A DNA stretch of 64,000 nucleotides from Felis catus (Eukaryota): assembly GCF_018350175.1 (NCBI RefSeq), contig NC_058368.1:93064001-93128000 (forward strand), read 5' to 3'. Under the pieces are notes generated by a model, which worked only from the letters and a program-made list of their open reading frames with translations, searched no databases and had not been told where the DNA came from. A program made the position numbers and the translations under genes. Shown piece by piece: positions 51,674-64,000 of the stretch. The first letter of the stretch is position 1; every line of letters begins with the position of its first letter.

Positions 51674-54600
51674 CCCCTCTCTCCATCTGGCCCCTACTAA
51701 ATTGTGAAAAAGAAATACGACTTACCATACTTCTGAGAGAGGACAGGGCCATCCCTGAATCATCTTGTATATTTTCTCCAAAGTACTGTATTTCTTTGTT
51801 TTCTCTTATATTTGAATTTTCTGGTTCTTGTGTTTTGAAATTGATAGAATTTATACCTTTATGTGTTTTTTTTTTTACTTTGACATAAGATACAGTCGAT
51901 CCACATGCTAACATCTAAAACACTTACCTATTTCAAAAATGTACAAATAAAGAAATGAGCACTGCATTTCTTGATAAAGCTAATGAAACGAATGAATTAT
52001 TTTGTGGCATCATCTGAGATGTTCACATTTCATTGGTTACAAACCCAAAATTAAACCATGATTTAAAATTTTTAAATAGCTTAATTTGTGTCATGAGTGA
52101 TATTTTTGGGAGCCAAGGACATTAAGATTAATCTGCAGTGCTCTGGGCAGAAATAAATTGTTAGACAATGAGGAGAGAGAGTTTTCCAGAATATTTCTAA
52201 GAGAGTAACAAGTGAACATTTCAAAAAATAACCTCTCCTCACCTGAAATATCAATTGTGAATACAAGCCAATCAGGCAAAGCTTTTCTCATAGTTTTTAC
52301 AACTTCGTTTACAATGTTCTACATAAATGATGATGGAAATGCTAGAATAATGGGATCTCAGATACTGAAACGTGTGAAGAGGTATTACACTGTGATAGGT
52401 CAGACAAATCACGCAGAAAGTTCCTTTTTTACCAAGACCTACCTGATAGTAAAGCCGAGGAGACAAAGATCTCATTCTCTCTCCTGGATAGTATTTTAAA
52501 ACCATAAAATCCTAGGATCGTATAATAAGTCACTCATCACCCTTCCAGAGAAAAGCCATGAAGGTTGTAATTCCTTTTTTCTCCCTATTCATCTGTCTTT
52601 CCTCTGTGGGGTTGTACCAAGGACCTGAGGATTCATTAGTGTGGATGTCACCATAACCAATGGCATGAACTCTCTCAATGGCTTTATTCTTTTGGTTGAA
52701 GGTGGCAGGCAGACAACCTTGTGAGATTGTTGTGTCTGCTATTGTCGGCTCGAGCTGGTTTCTCATGATCTCCAACTGGATGCAGAGAAGGGAATTGTTT
52801 TGCTTAGCATTTAAAAGGTTTTCCTGTCTGCCCTTTCATATCTGCACATCTAGACAAAACACATTCTGGAAGCTCTCATCTCCCCTTGCTTATGAATACA
52901 GATGATTGTTTCAAGAGGGCAATACAACCTCATTGGTGACAGAGTATCTCCTGTCTTATATGAGAATGAAGGTCCTTCGTTCGTTTGCAATTTTCACTTC
53001 TCCATTTCTGTGGAATTACGACGTCTCTTGTGGGCCCTTTGTGTAGAATATGGATGACCAGATTTGGGGGCAAAATTACCTTTAAACATGAAGTATCATC
53101 TGCCCCATCCTAGGGACACAGGTTGGTGTGTGATAAATGGTCCCCTTGGACTTCCACAGGGTCCCCCCATGGATTCCTCAACTCAAGTGAGTCCCTTTCA
53201 GAAGTGTGATTTAGGTTTTGCTCAAACACTTCTGCATTTCATAACAATTGAAAAATCATGGCACCAGTGAATCTTTCAAGTTTTACTTAGGGAACAACAA
53301 CAATAATATAGTCATTAATTTTTATACCATCTTAGGATGAGAACTTCGGATAATAATCCTGTCAGCATCAATTTACCCCAGTGTTAAGGAGCCTTAATTG
53401 AAGGTCCCATGGTGGTTCAGTCAACTGTCAGAGGTCAGCAGTTTTAATCCTGAAGGGCAGGATTACACACTGCAGTGTCCACTCAGTCTGGGAGTATTCC
53501 AAAACATAGCCATAAATTAGCAAGAGCTTATAAGGAAAATGACTGGTATTCAAGAGGGCTAAACCTAAGGTCTGGTTATATTCCTGCTACTTTCGGTCTT
53601 TCCATTAAGCGATTTTTCTTTCCCCTGCCAATGGATATGGAAATCCCAAGAAGCTTGGTACTGCATGTATGAATAAGCAAAATAATAAAATAAAAACCTA
53701 GGATCCTTTATATGTGTCTTACACAATTTGGCATCAGGTGTTTACTATCAAATACTAACTTTGAAGAAGTTTTTAATTTATTTTTCATTTATTTTTGGGG
53801 GTCTTTCTGGTATATTCACCGAATCTCATCAAATAAAGGCTCAGTGTGGAAAGCCTATCTTTAAATTCTTAGGATAGTTCCTATTTTGTGCAGGGTAGCA
53901 GGAGGGGTACCACGGGCCTATTCAGCCCTAAGGCTAAATTCCCCACCAATGCCCCCAAGCCGACCTTCATTCCTGCACAAGAAACTTCCTTAAGAAAGAT
54001 GACCGCTGGTTTCTCTCAAGCACAGGCAAATAGACGCGGCAGTTGTTGTGACCTTCTAGCTTCTGACTTGTAGATGCCACGGTTCCACCTTAGTTTTCTA
54101 AACTATCAGCATTTTTAGTTGGCAAGGCTGGCCTTCCTGTCTCTAAAGTACATGCACTCACACTAGCGCCGTTGCTAATAAGGAGATTTAAACCCGGGGA
54201 TGAGTCATTGTTGATGACCAGAGTTCTGTGCCACTTTCCAACCATCCAAGTACAAGAATGAGCTGAACAAGTAATTCACTCTGAGGGAGACCTGGGTTTT
54301 CCAGGCACCGGTTTTATCCCTGAACTCAAAAAACCACACACACCTCCCCTCTTCCATTGGATGAGGACATCGTACCTGACCTCTGCCCTCCTATCCGCAA
54401 GTACCACCCCGTCTTTGATAAACTGGGGGCATTTCTCATCAAAATTACCTTGTCATTGATTTTCACGACCCAAAGAGATCTTGCAGAATTCCAGTAGGAT
54501 GTAACAACAAAGCTGAGTCTTTTAGAGAATTCTATTTGCCAGAACTTTCATGAAAAAATATTTATATCAGACAAGGGCACTAAAATCTATTTATTGTTCT

Positions 54601-55333
54601 ATATACTGAGTCACTCAAGCCCAGGGACAGAAACATGGGCAGTATTTTCAAACACTCATTTTACCTTCCTCTTGGAGGATAAGCTGATATTTTTAAATGA
54701 AAAATATTAATCAGGCTTAAAGCTGCTTTATTAATTTGGATGTATCTTAAGGAAAAAGCATGACTTTTTTTTCAAATTAACTATGTTTTGATAAATTTTA
54801 ATTACTGTTAGTCAAAGAAATTGGCTATCACACTGAAGTTTGAGCTTTTAGGAGTGATTATTAGAACTGCAGGAAGATAATTAATTTAATGCTGGAGTAT
54901 TTTGAACACTAGCATTTTTTTCATTAGTCCTTCTTGGTGAGGGTGGGGATTCTGGGACTTCTAAAAGAAAATTACACATTTCAGTATTTGCGTTAAATCT
55001 TTGGCAGCTGCCTTTTTAAAATCAGAATCAAAACCTTTACCCAAACGTCCTAATAAAGGAATTTCCCTTCTGTACAGGCTTGCATCCTTAAATGGTTAAA
55101 AGCTTGCTCCCAGAATGGTTTATCGAAAGCTTCTCGAAAGTATTTGCAGGATGAGAACAACCAGGTGACCTGAAGTAAAATTATGGGAGTACTTTGAACT
55201 TTTCCAACATTGTGTGATAAAATTACCTGGGGGAAGATGAACATCTCTTTTGGGCATCCTGGGGGCCAACATGGCTTACGATTTCTGTGCTCTGATGAGG
55301 AAATATAGAGTGGAGAAAAGTACCATATTTTAA

Positions 55334-55530
55334 ATTTTTTAAAGTTTATTTATTTTGAGAGACAGAGTCAGCAGGGGAGGGGCAGAGAGAGAAAGGGAGA
55401 GAGAATCCCAAGCAGGCTCCATGCCATCAGCACAGTCTGATGTGGGGCTTGAACTCACAAAGTGTGAAATCATGACCTGAGCTGAAACCAAGAGTCCCAC
55501 TCTTAAATGACCAAGCCACCGAGGTGCCCT
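55334..55530 (-). mobile_element. Can-SINE
   Basis: Typical body. Confidence 0.9.
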
Positions 55531-55544
55531 GAAAAGTATTGTAT

Positions 55545-55725
55545 TTTATTTTTAAAGTGTATTTATTTATTTTGAGGGGGGTAGGGCAGAAAGACAGAAT
55601 CCCAAGCAGGCTCCACACTGCAACACAGAGCCTGACGTGGGGCTCGAACCCACGAACTGTGAGATCGTGACCTGAGCCAAAACCAAGAGTCGGACGCCCA
55701 ACTGACTGAGCCACCCAGGTGCCCC
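55545..55725 (-). mobile_element. Can-SINE, tandem with the previous copy
   Basis: Typical body. Confidence 0.9.
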
Positions 55726-56561
55726 AAAAAGTCCTGTATTTTAATTTGGCAGCAGCCAAGACTCTTCAGGTGTTGGTATTCAACGACTACTTAGGCACTC
55801 TGGCCATCATTTGTGTGCTTCACACTGAGCTGACATAGGGAGATGAACATTCATAATTACCTCTTCTATGGACAAGGCCTTTCTCCCTCCTCTTCCTCTC
55901 TCTCCCTTGCAACATCTAATTTGTTAGAAGGAAAGAAGATACACCAGCTAAGGAGAGCCTCAAGATTTGCTTTTAATATATTGGCTTCATAAACACTGTG
56001 TTCTCTTCATTTAGTTTTTAGGTGCCTGAGCATCTTGAAGGGACAGGCCAATGATCTGTTTAGTTTTTCCATCGTAACATAAACGACATGGGAGAAAAGT
56101 AACCAGGATACACTTTCTGACTCTGGTGAAAGGAATATGACTCATCTTGTTAAAGACATACAGGGATCTTCATTTCAGAGAGTAACATATGTTCATCCCA
56201 ACTGTTTCCACATCCATTGTGATGACGACAACTTTGGAGAAAATGTTGTAAAAGCATGTTTACTCTCATTTGTATTCATTTGATGAAACAGAACGCTCCT
56301 GGAAATAGATACTGAGTGGACAGCAGCGTCACACCGTGACTTAAATGACTTAAATGACATTCATGTTGGCAGGGATTTACTTCGGACCTAGAAAGCTTTC
56401 GGAGGTGAACCAGCAATTTTGCATATCTCCACATTTATTTTATTTTTGTAAAGTTACTGTTTTGAAACCCAGTTCTATACACATGGCGTCCTCGTCTGGT
56501 TTATTCAGGACCTGGGGACATAGAAGTGTATGGCTTCCCTAATTAAAATGAAAGTAAAGGA

Positions 56562-56757
56562 GGGGCACATGGGTGGCTCAGTTGGTTAAGCGTCCAACTC
56601 TTGATTTCAGCCCAGGTCATGTCTCATGGTCTGTGAGTTCAGGGCCCTCATCAGCGAAGAGCCTGCTTAGGATTCTCTCTGTCCTCTCTCTCTATGCCCC
56701 TCCCTCAATCATGCTCGTTGTCTCTCTCTCAAAATAAATAAACTAAAAATAAATAAA
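56562..56757 (+). mobile_element. Can-SINE
   Basis: Flanked by taaaggag on both sides. Confidence 0.9.
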
Positions 56758-57454
56758 GGAGTGACTGTATATGAACAGAAAGAGGTTTCCTAAGTGGCTC
56801 TTGAGGTGCCATCAAAGGGTACAGCTAGGATAATGGAGTGACATACACAGGTAATAGTTGCAGTAATTCCCAAATTGTCACACTCCCTTGCTTTTGCAGT
56901 TTGCAACAGCGATACTCATTTTCGTGCACAAGACTTTGGGGGATCTAGAGAACACTCAGCAAGGAATGGGCCAGTAGCAGGAAAAAAGAGAGCCCAAGAA
57001 TAAACACAAATAAAAATCGACTTTCAAAGGCTCTTGATACCAGTGATTTTCCACTCCTGTTAGGATGTTGATTTCTTTCCAGAAGGATCTCAGCAGTGGC
57101 CACCTGCCAGGGGAAAACAATACTCAACTTTGAGTGCCAACTGCCGCTCTCAGATATCTAACAGTGGAAGCCCCTCAGATTTTTACATTTTCTGCTTATT
57201 CAGAAAGCATCCCTGCTCTTGAATCTCTTGTAACTCACTGACTGACAAGCACCTGGGAACAGCCTGCAGGTGATCCTATATTTCTCGAGCAAGTGTTGCC
57301 CTCCAGTGGGTAGGTATAGACAGCCATCTTGAGTGGCCACAGATTCCATCCACTGATTGTGATTAGCCCCTTATCAGTACACCAAAACTGTGTACATTTT
57401 GTGGCAAACATCTGAAAGTGAACAGAATAGATGGGTATGCTTCCAAAGGCCATT

Positions 57455-59110
57455 TTTTAAAATTTCAAGTATAGCTGATATACAATATAAGTTTCAGTGT
57501 ATAACGCAGTGACCTGACATTTCTATACATTAGAAAATGATCCCCGTAGGTCTAGCTATCCTCTGTCACCCATATAAAGTTACCACAATATTATTTACTA
57601 TATTCCCTGGAGTGTATTTTCTATCCCTATGATTTATTTTATAATTGCAAGTTTGTTTTCCATATTTATTAGTCTCTTTCTGTGATGTCCATTTTTTTTT
57701 TAAACTCCACATACAAGAGAAACCATATAGTACGTGTCTTTCTCCGACTTCTTTCACTTAGCATAAAACCTTCTAGTTCCATTCATGCTGTTTCCAGTGG
57801 CAAGATCACATTCTTTATGGCTGAGTAATATTCCATTGTGTAGACATACACAACATTTTTATCAGTTCATCTATTGATAGACACTTAGGTTGCTTCTGTG
57901 CCTTGGCTATCTTTAATACTGCAATAAACATAGGGATGCATATATCTTTCCAAATTATGGCTTTCATTTCCTTCAGGTAAACACCCAGAAGTGGAATTAC
58001 TGGATCATATGGCAGTTCTATTTTGAACATTTTTTGAGGAACTGCCATGGTGTTTTCCTCAGTGGTTGTACCAGTTTGCATTCCCACCAACTGCACGACG
58101 AGGGGTCCTTTTTCTCCACATCTTTGCCAACACTTGTTATTTCCTTTTGGTATCAGCCATTATGACAGGTGTGAGGTGGTATGGATTGGATTTGTATTTC
58201 CCTGATGATTAGTGACGTTGAACATCTTTTCATGTGTCTATTGGCCATCTGGATGTCTTCCTAGGAGAAATGTCTGTTTGGGTTCTCTGCCCATTTTTGA
58301 TCAAATTATTTGATTTTTCTGGCTATTGAGTGAGTTGTAGGAGTTCTTTATATATTTTGGATATTAACCCCTTACCTGAATACCTATCATTTGCAGATAT
58401 CTTCTCTGTTAGGTAGGTATGTTGCCTTTTTGTTTTGTTGATGATTTCCTTCACTGTGCAAAAGCTTTTTAGTTTGATATTGTCCTTTTATTTTTTGCTT
58501 TTGTTGACCGTGCCTGAAGAAACAAATCTAAAATTTACTCCTCAGAGTGATGGCCAAGAGTTTACTGCCTATGTTTTCTCCTAGGACTTTTATGGTTTCA
58601 GGTCTAACAGGTAGATCTTTAATTCATTTGCAGTTTATTTCTGTGTATGGTATAAGAAAGTGGTCCAGTTTTCCCAACACCATTTATTGAAAAGACTGTC
58701 TTTTCCCCAGTTTTTTATTCTTGTCCCCTTTGATGTAAATTGACCATATAAGCATGGGCTTATTTCTGGGCTGTCTATCCCGTTCCATTGATGTATGTGT
58801 CTGTTTTTGTGCTAGTACCGTACTGTTTTGATTACCATAGCTTTCCAGTGTAGATTGAGATCAGGGAGCATGCTACCCAGCTGTGTTCTCTGTGGTTCTG
58901 TACAAATTTGGGGCTCATTTGTTCTAGTTCTGTGACAAATACCATTGGAATTTTAATAGGGATTGCAATAAATCTGTAGATTGTTAATTCTTCCCATTCA
59001 TGAGCCTGTTACATCTTTCCATGGATTTGTGTCCTTTTCAGTGTCTTTCATCAGTGTCTTACAGTTTTCAGAGTACAGGTTGCTCACCTCCTTAAATTTG
59101 TTCCCAACTG
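57455..59110 (-). mobile_element. LINE-1 3' portion
   Basis: Minus-strand ORF2-like KIELPYDPVIPLLGVYLKEMK...CIPMFIA and 3' UTR. Confidence 0.92.
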
Positions 59111-59467
59111 TGGGTCCTTTCTAAAAAACAAAATTAGGAGCAAATTAGGCATATAATTTTCTGACTTGCTTATTTAAATATTACGTTGTCTTTAAGCATC
59201 GCAGAAATAAAATTTTAATACAGCCATAACATATTACGGACACGGGCATGCTAGGAGCAACTACCACTCCTCAATATTAGATCCTGAAGATGAAGACTAC
59301 CTTATATGAAGATGCAGAGTTACTTTCATAATGAGTGATTTTCAGACCTATTTGTCATAAGGAAAGCCAGGTTACCTTATGGGAACTTGAGACTCTCCTG
59401 GCTAACTAGCCAGTGAGCACGTTACCATTTTTGCGAACATAAAGGTGATGCTATTAAAAACTAGTTC

Positions 59468-59622
59468 AGGGGTGACTCAGTCGGTTAGGCATCTGACGCT
59501 TGATCTCAGCTCAGTTCATGATCTCACGGTGAGATGGAACCCCATATCGGGCTCTGCGCTGGCAGTGCGGAGCCTGCTTGAGATTCTCTCTCCCACTCAA
59601 AATAAATAAATACACTTAAAAA
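59468..59622 (+). mobile_element. Can-SINE, short form
   Basis: TSD aaaaactagtt. Confidence 0.88.
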
Positions 59623-60705
59623 AACTAGTTTAAGAGGATTCAAGTCTGTTGAAAGATCCACAATTGTAACATCATGCTGTTGGGTGTCCCTCTTCACTGG
59701 GCTCCTGAGTGGACCCTGCCTTCGTTGCTCTGTGTCCACTGAGACAGTTGGGCAATATCTACTGCCCTGTGGCCCTCTCAGGGGAGTGATTCCTTCTGGA
59801 GGGCTGGACTTCCCTTTCACAGGCCTGTCAGGAGCTCTTCAGGCTGTGGCAGCTCCTCAGTAGCTCCCCCTTCTCTCCTGGTAAGTCAGTTGTGCCCAGG
59901 ACCCTATGAGGTGGCAGCAACAGCATGACTTTGCCTAGACCGCCTCCTGCCCCCCACCCCCCAAGAGGTGCCCCAGCCCTGCCTCCTGGCCCTGTATGTA
60001 ATCACTGCTCTTACAACCAAGAAGTCCTCACACCTCATGCCCGTGATCATGGAGCAGGAAACTCTAATCCCTGGGGTACCACACAGTGTCTCACATCTCT
60101 TCCCAAGAGACCTGCACAGGGGCCTATCATTCAAAACACAGCGCTGCTGATCTTTTGCAAAATAAAGGTAACCCATGCCTTTCTTAGTATTGGTAAGCAT
60201 CTGAACAGGACAACTATGCCTTATGTTCAACACTTTCTATGTCTCCATTGTCCAGGTTCAAATCACAGAGATCCTCCCATGATCTTGAAGTTGTGCATAC
60301 ACCGAGATAATGCAGCTCTCTTTTCATTCCTGGTACATCACAGTCAATTGGGCGGAAGTCCTCTGGTCTTATCTTGAGAGAAGATTATGCAGTGTTATTT
60401 TTTTAGAGAATAATTGTTATTTCTACTCCATGCATTTATGCTAATTTACTCATCTATTACTTGTTCCTGTTATATTTCCAGACAGACTTGCTCTGTTTTT
60501 TAACAAATGTCTGCAATTTCAGCAAGTTGCCCCTTTACCATTTATTTCTTAGTATTAAAATATGTTTGATTCACATATTATGCTTGAGATCTTAAAATAC
60601 GTGAACTAAGGTTTTGAATCCCAATCTCCGGGCATGCTACTTGTGTTTGTTGACCATGCATTTTTGGTCATAATTATTAAGGCCACTGAATGCTACTTTT
60701 TTTTT

Positions 60706-60930
60706 TTTTTTTTTAATTTTTTTTCAACGTTTTTTATTTATTTTTGGGACAGAGAGAGACAGAGCATGAATGGGGGAGGGGCAGAGAGAGAGGGAGACAC
60801 AGAATCGGAAACAGGCTCCAGGCTCCGAGCCATCAGCCCAAAGCCTGATGCGGGGCTCGAACTCACGGACCGCGAGATCGTGACCTGGCTGAAGTCGGAC
60901 ACTCAACCAACTGCGCCACCCAGGCGCCCC
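60706..60930 (-). mobile_element. Young felid SINEC_Fc-type element
   Basis: Minus strand reads ggggcgcctgggtggcgcag...cagccaggtcacgatctcgcggtccgtgag...; 15-bp TSD tgctac(t)9. Confidence 0.95.
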
Positions 60931-61044
60931 TGCTACTTTTTTTTTAATCTCCAGCTTCTTATGTACTTGGTGAAAAACATTTTTTACTGTGGCTGAGACC
61001 AAAAATCGTAACTCGTTGGGGTTCTCTTCTCTTCTGATTTTCAG

Positions 61045-61155
61045 GGTGCTGGTTGCACAGCCCTGGTGGTAGCTGTCGTGGCAAGGAAGCTAGAACTTAC
61101 CAAAGCAGAAAAACACGTGCACAATTTCATGATGGATACTCAGCTGACTAAAAGG
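61045..61155 (+). CDS. KCNN2: KCNN2 (SK2) internal coding exon: S6 and start of calmodulin-binding domain
   Basis: Acceptor ctcttctgattttcag|G and donor AGG|gtgagt. 111 nt, phase 0/0, [37 protein letters not shown], in frame with the 47965-48106 exon. Confidence 0.98.
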
Positions 61156-61744
61156 GTGAGTTACCACCCCATGGATCTTCGGAGGGAAGATTTTCGTGTG
61201 TTTTCCATTGCAGGGGTGGGCAATCGATTTCTGTTTTGACCTCTCAAGCTGAAACAACCTGGTTTAAAGTTAAGGCCTTCTTGGAATCTGTTCCATTTTT
61301 CCCCCCCACATTTTGAGAACAGGCCAGTCCTAACTTTACGTCAGCTAGGAAATAATTGGACAACCTTGGTATTTACTCAAGGATAAACCTAGACCACATC
61401 AGTATAAACAAAGAGGCACACTTAACATTTCAGTTTGCAGGATACAAGAAGGGAGTGATATTAGATTGAATAGGAAGGGGCAGGCTGTCAATGTTATCTA
61501 GAAATTTAGAGTGTCATCTAGAGTGATGTAACAATGTTTTACTGAGCTTCTGTGAGCCAGTCTCTGGTCTAAAGACTGGGTGTGCAGGGACAATAAGAAA
61601 CCACCAGCAACTTGTAGGACTCCAAGGAGCACAGACAGGCCCTTTCTGTGATTTAAAGGCTATGCAAGAGATGAAGGGCAGCAGAGCCCACTGGGAAAAT
61701 ATGGCAGAAAACGGGAATCACGGTGTTGACACTCTCTCTGTACG

Positions 61745-61932
61745 AGGCTTGGCTCCCAGTATGTCACCTGTGTAAACTGGTGTCATACGCAGACAACTTT
61801 CTGAGAGAGGCACTAGCATTCTGCCCATTTTACAAATGTGGAAGCCAAGACACAGAGAGGTTAGGTAGCTTGCTCAATGTCACTATATCCAAGAGGAAAA
61901 AGCTTCTTCTCCCACTCCCGCCAAATGTTTAG
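61745..61932 (-). mobile_element. MIR remnant
   Basis: cccattttacaaatgtggaagccaagacacagagaggttaggtagcttgctcaatgtcac. Confidence 0.75.
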
Positions 61933-62155
61933 CCTCTCTTCCTAGTCACTTGAGAGACCAAAATACAAGGTCAGAAATAAAGCTAAAAATCCTTTTTTAG
62001 CAGTGTCATGTTGCTAACATAACTCAAAGGAGAATCCAATTGGGCTGTCATCCAAATAACAAAACACATTGTCATTTGGTAACTTTACCCATAAAAGAAT
62101 CCATGGCTGGTTCAAGGAGAGTTCCAATTTTCAGTGGTTTTACGCACTTAAAAAA

Positions 62156-62348
62156 ATTTTTTTTAATGTTTATTTATTTTTGAGATGGGGGGGAGGGGCA
62201 GAGAGAAAGGGAGACACAGAATCTGAAGCAGGCTCCAGGTTCTGAGTTGTCAACACAGAGCCTGATGTGGGACTCGAACCCACAAGCAGCAAGATCATGA
62301 CCTGAGCTGAGGTCGGACGCTCAACCGACTGAGCCACCCAGGCACCCC
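62156..62348 (-). mobile_element. Can-SINE
   Basis: Typical body. Confidence 0.92.
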
Positions 62349-63277
62349 TGTTTTTACTCACTTTTGATTTTGGTTGCATACATAAAAGTAATCATGGTTC
62401 AGTTGGTAAATACTTCCTAATAGCTCTGTCATTTCAATGTGCCTATTTATGTGTAAGGACAGTATTTACAAAATGTACGCATGGATTCCAGTTGCCTTGC
62501 TATTTTCTAAGTCTTACCACCAGACACTATTGTGAGACTTTATTGCATTTGGAAGGTCCACATATAGTCTAGGTGATCTCAGCCACTCGATTGCAGATAT
62601 CATGCTTTTGGCCTGGAGGTACCCCTTTAGAATGTCTTCTACTCTGCACAGCTTTCTCTCAACTCCGGAATTCGCTCTCCAAACTCATGAACATTGGTGA
62701 ATGTTACAGAAAAGCACAAGGAGAGCCATAAATTCAGAGCTATTAGTCCACATATAATCCAAAATCGTAACAGATGTTTTGTGGATTTTGGATGCATTTC
62801 ATACTGTACGGTTCGTATTGAGAGTCAAAAGAACTTTATTTTACCAAAAGAACTCTTCCCAAAAAGTCCCCTGTGTAATCCAAACAATTTTATCATGAAG
62901 ATCATACCTTATAAATTTCATAAGAATTAACTGAATGCCACACTGAGGTAGAAAATTCCATTTAAAACCATATAGCCCATACATCTGCATATAAATCTTT
63001 TCAGCAACAACACCAAAAGCTGGGACAGGATCACAAATTAGAAGAACCAAGTTAGCACATTGAGGCAGATTTCCCCGCATTTCCTAAGCAGGTACTTAGT
63101 TTTATCTTAAGAAGGTAAGATGCCATTTCTTTAGATTTACTTTGGGACATCAATATTCCATATCCTACTTACTGAACAGACTATGATGTTAAAATCTGTG
63201 AGATTTGTACAGGTCTCCCAGGTTCAGTTGGGAGCCATTCCAGGTTGGTTTTATAATTTAATTAGTTTAGCTCAAGA

Positions 63278-63465
63278 TCACTCAGCCTCAGCACCACTGA
63301 CCTTTGGGATTGGATAGTTCTCTGTTGTGCAGATGTCCTTGTACATTGTTGACTGGTTAGCGGCATCCTTGGTAGATGCCAGTAGCATTTTCTCTGATTT
63401 GTGACAACCAAAAAAATGTCTCTAGACATGGCTGGGACAAAATTGCCCACAGTGAGAACTGCTGC
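63278..63465. mobile_element. hAT-Charlie MER20-like remnant
   Basis: ctcagcctcagcaccactgacctttgg...gtgacaaccaaaaaaatgtctctagacat...tgagaactgctg. Confidence 0.8.
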
Positions 63466-64000
63466 TTTGGTTTGTTATTCCCCAAGGATTTGGAGCCTGG
63501 GACAGTCCTCATAGTGGATATTCTTCATATATACTGAAGTTATCATAATCTTCCTGGGAATAAAATGTAATTATTTAACAAAATATATAGCATACCTATT
63601 AGAGTTGCAGTTCGCCTAATATTGTTGGAGTTCTGTGTTAACTGCTGAGGCTATAGAACTGAAATACCAAACTCTAGGACTCAGGAAATTGTAAGTTTTT
63701 CTGGTACTCTTCCTTCAGCAAATCAGATATAAGAACTGTTTTTTTGTTTCCTGTACTTGGGGCAGAAAAATTGGCTTGTGTTCTTGCTTATGACCCCACC
63801 CCACCCCCAAGCCCATTCTTGGCCCCTTTTGGAGGACTGTGGATCTAGATGACTTCCATTTGTTTTTATGAATGGGACTCATTTCCCCAAGTGGATCATG
63901 TTTTCTGATCTTACAGCTCTTCTGTTACAAGTTCTTGTATACTTTAGCTTGACTCATTATCTATAGGGAATCTGTTTATAGAAAGCTTTTTCATAAGAAG

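Noticed and set aside
51718..51930. Two minus-strand GTAAGT donors suggesting an antisense transcript
   Set aside because: I found no matching acceptors or other exon evidence, and such hexamers are expected by chance in AT-rich intron.
54198..54208. Perfect AP-1 site ATGAGTCAT
   Set aside because: A single motif without supporting context is too little to call an enhancer.

Overview
Mammalian genomic DNA from a felid or close feliform, judged by about 42 tRNA-derived Can-SINEs including a young SINEC_Fc-type copy. The window lies inside KCNN2 (SK2/KCa2.2 small-conductance Ca2+-activated K+ channel) on the + strand. It holds two clear coding exons: 47965-48106 (turret, pore helix, SIGYGD filter, start of S6) and 61045-61155 (S6 and start of the calmodulin-binding domain). 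The rest is intron with Can-SINEs, L1/L2/MIR remnants, Tigger/hAT DNA-transposon fossils and microsatellites. The best candidate for a hidden system is a cluster of possible alternative exons in the phase-2 intron before the pore exon. It comprises a 33-nt in-frame microexon (17563-17595) that would insert CGFISPQTWNW into the S5-pore turret, a 9-nt microexon (19292-19300), an internal promoter module with a candidate first exon (about 20369-20984) giving an in-frame MWLDGILAG start, and a 46-nt exon with strong splice sites (31475-31520). These are motif-based predictions that need RNA-seq and conservation checks. Repeat family names come from recall of consensus sequences, and repeat boundaries are approximate.
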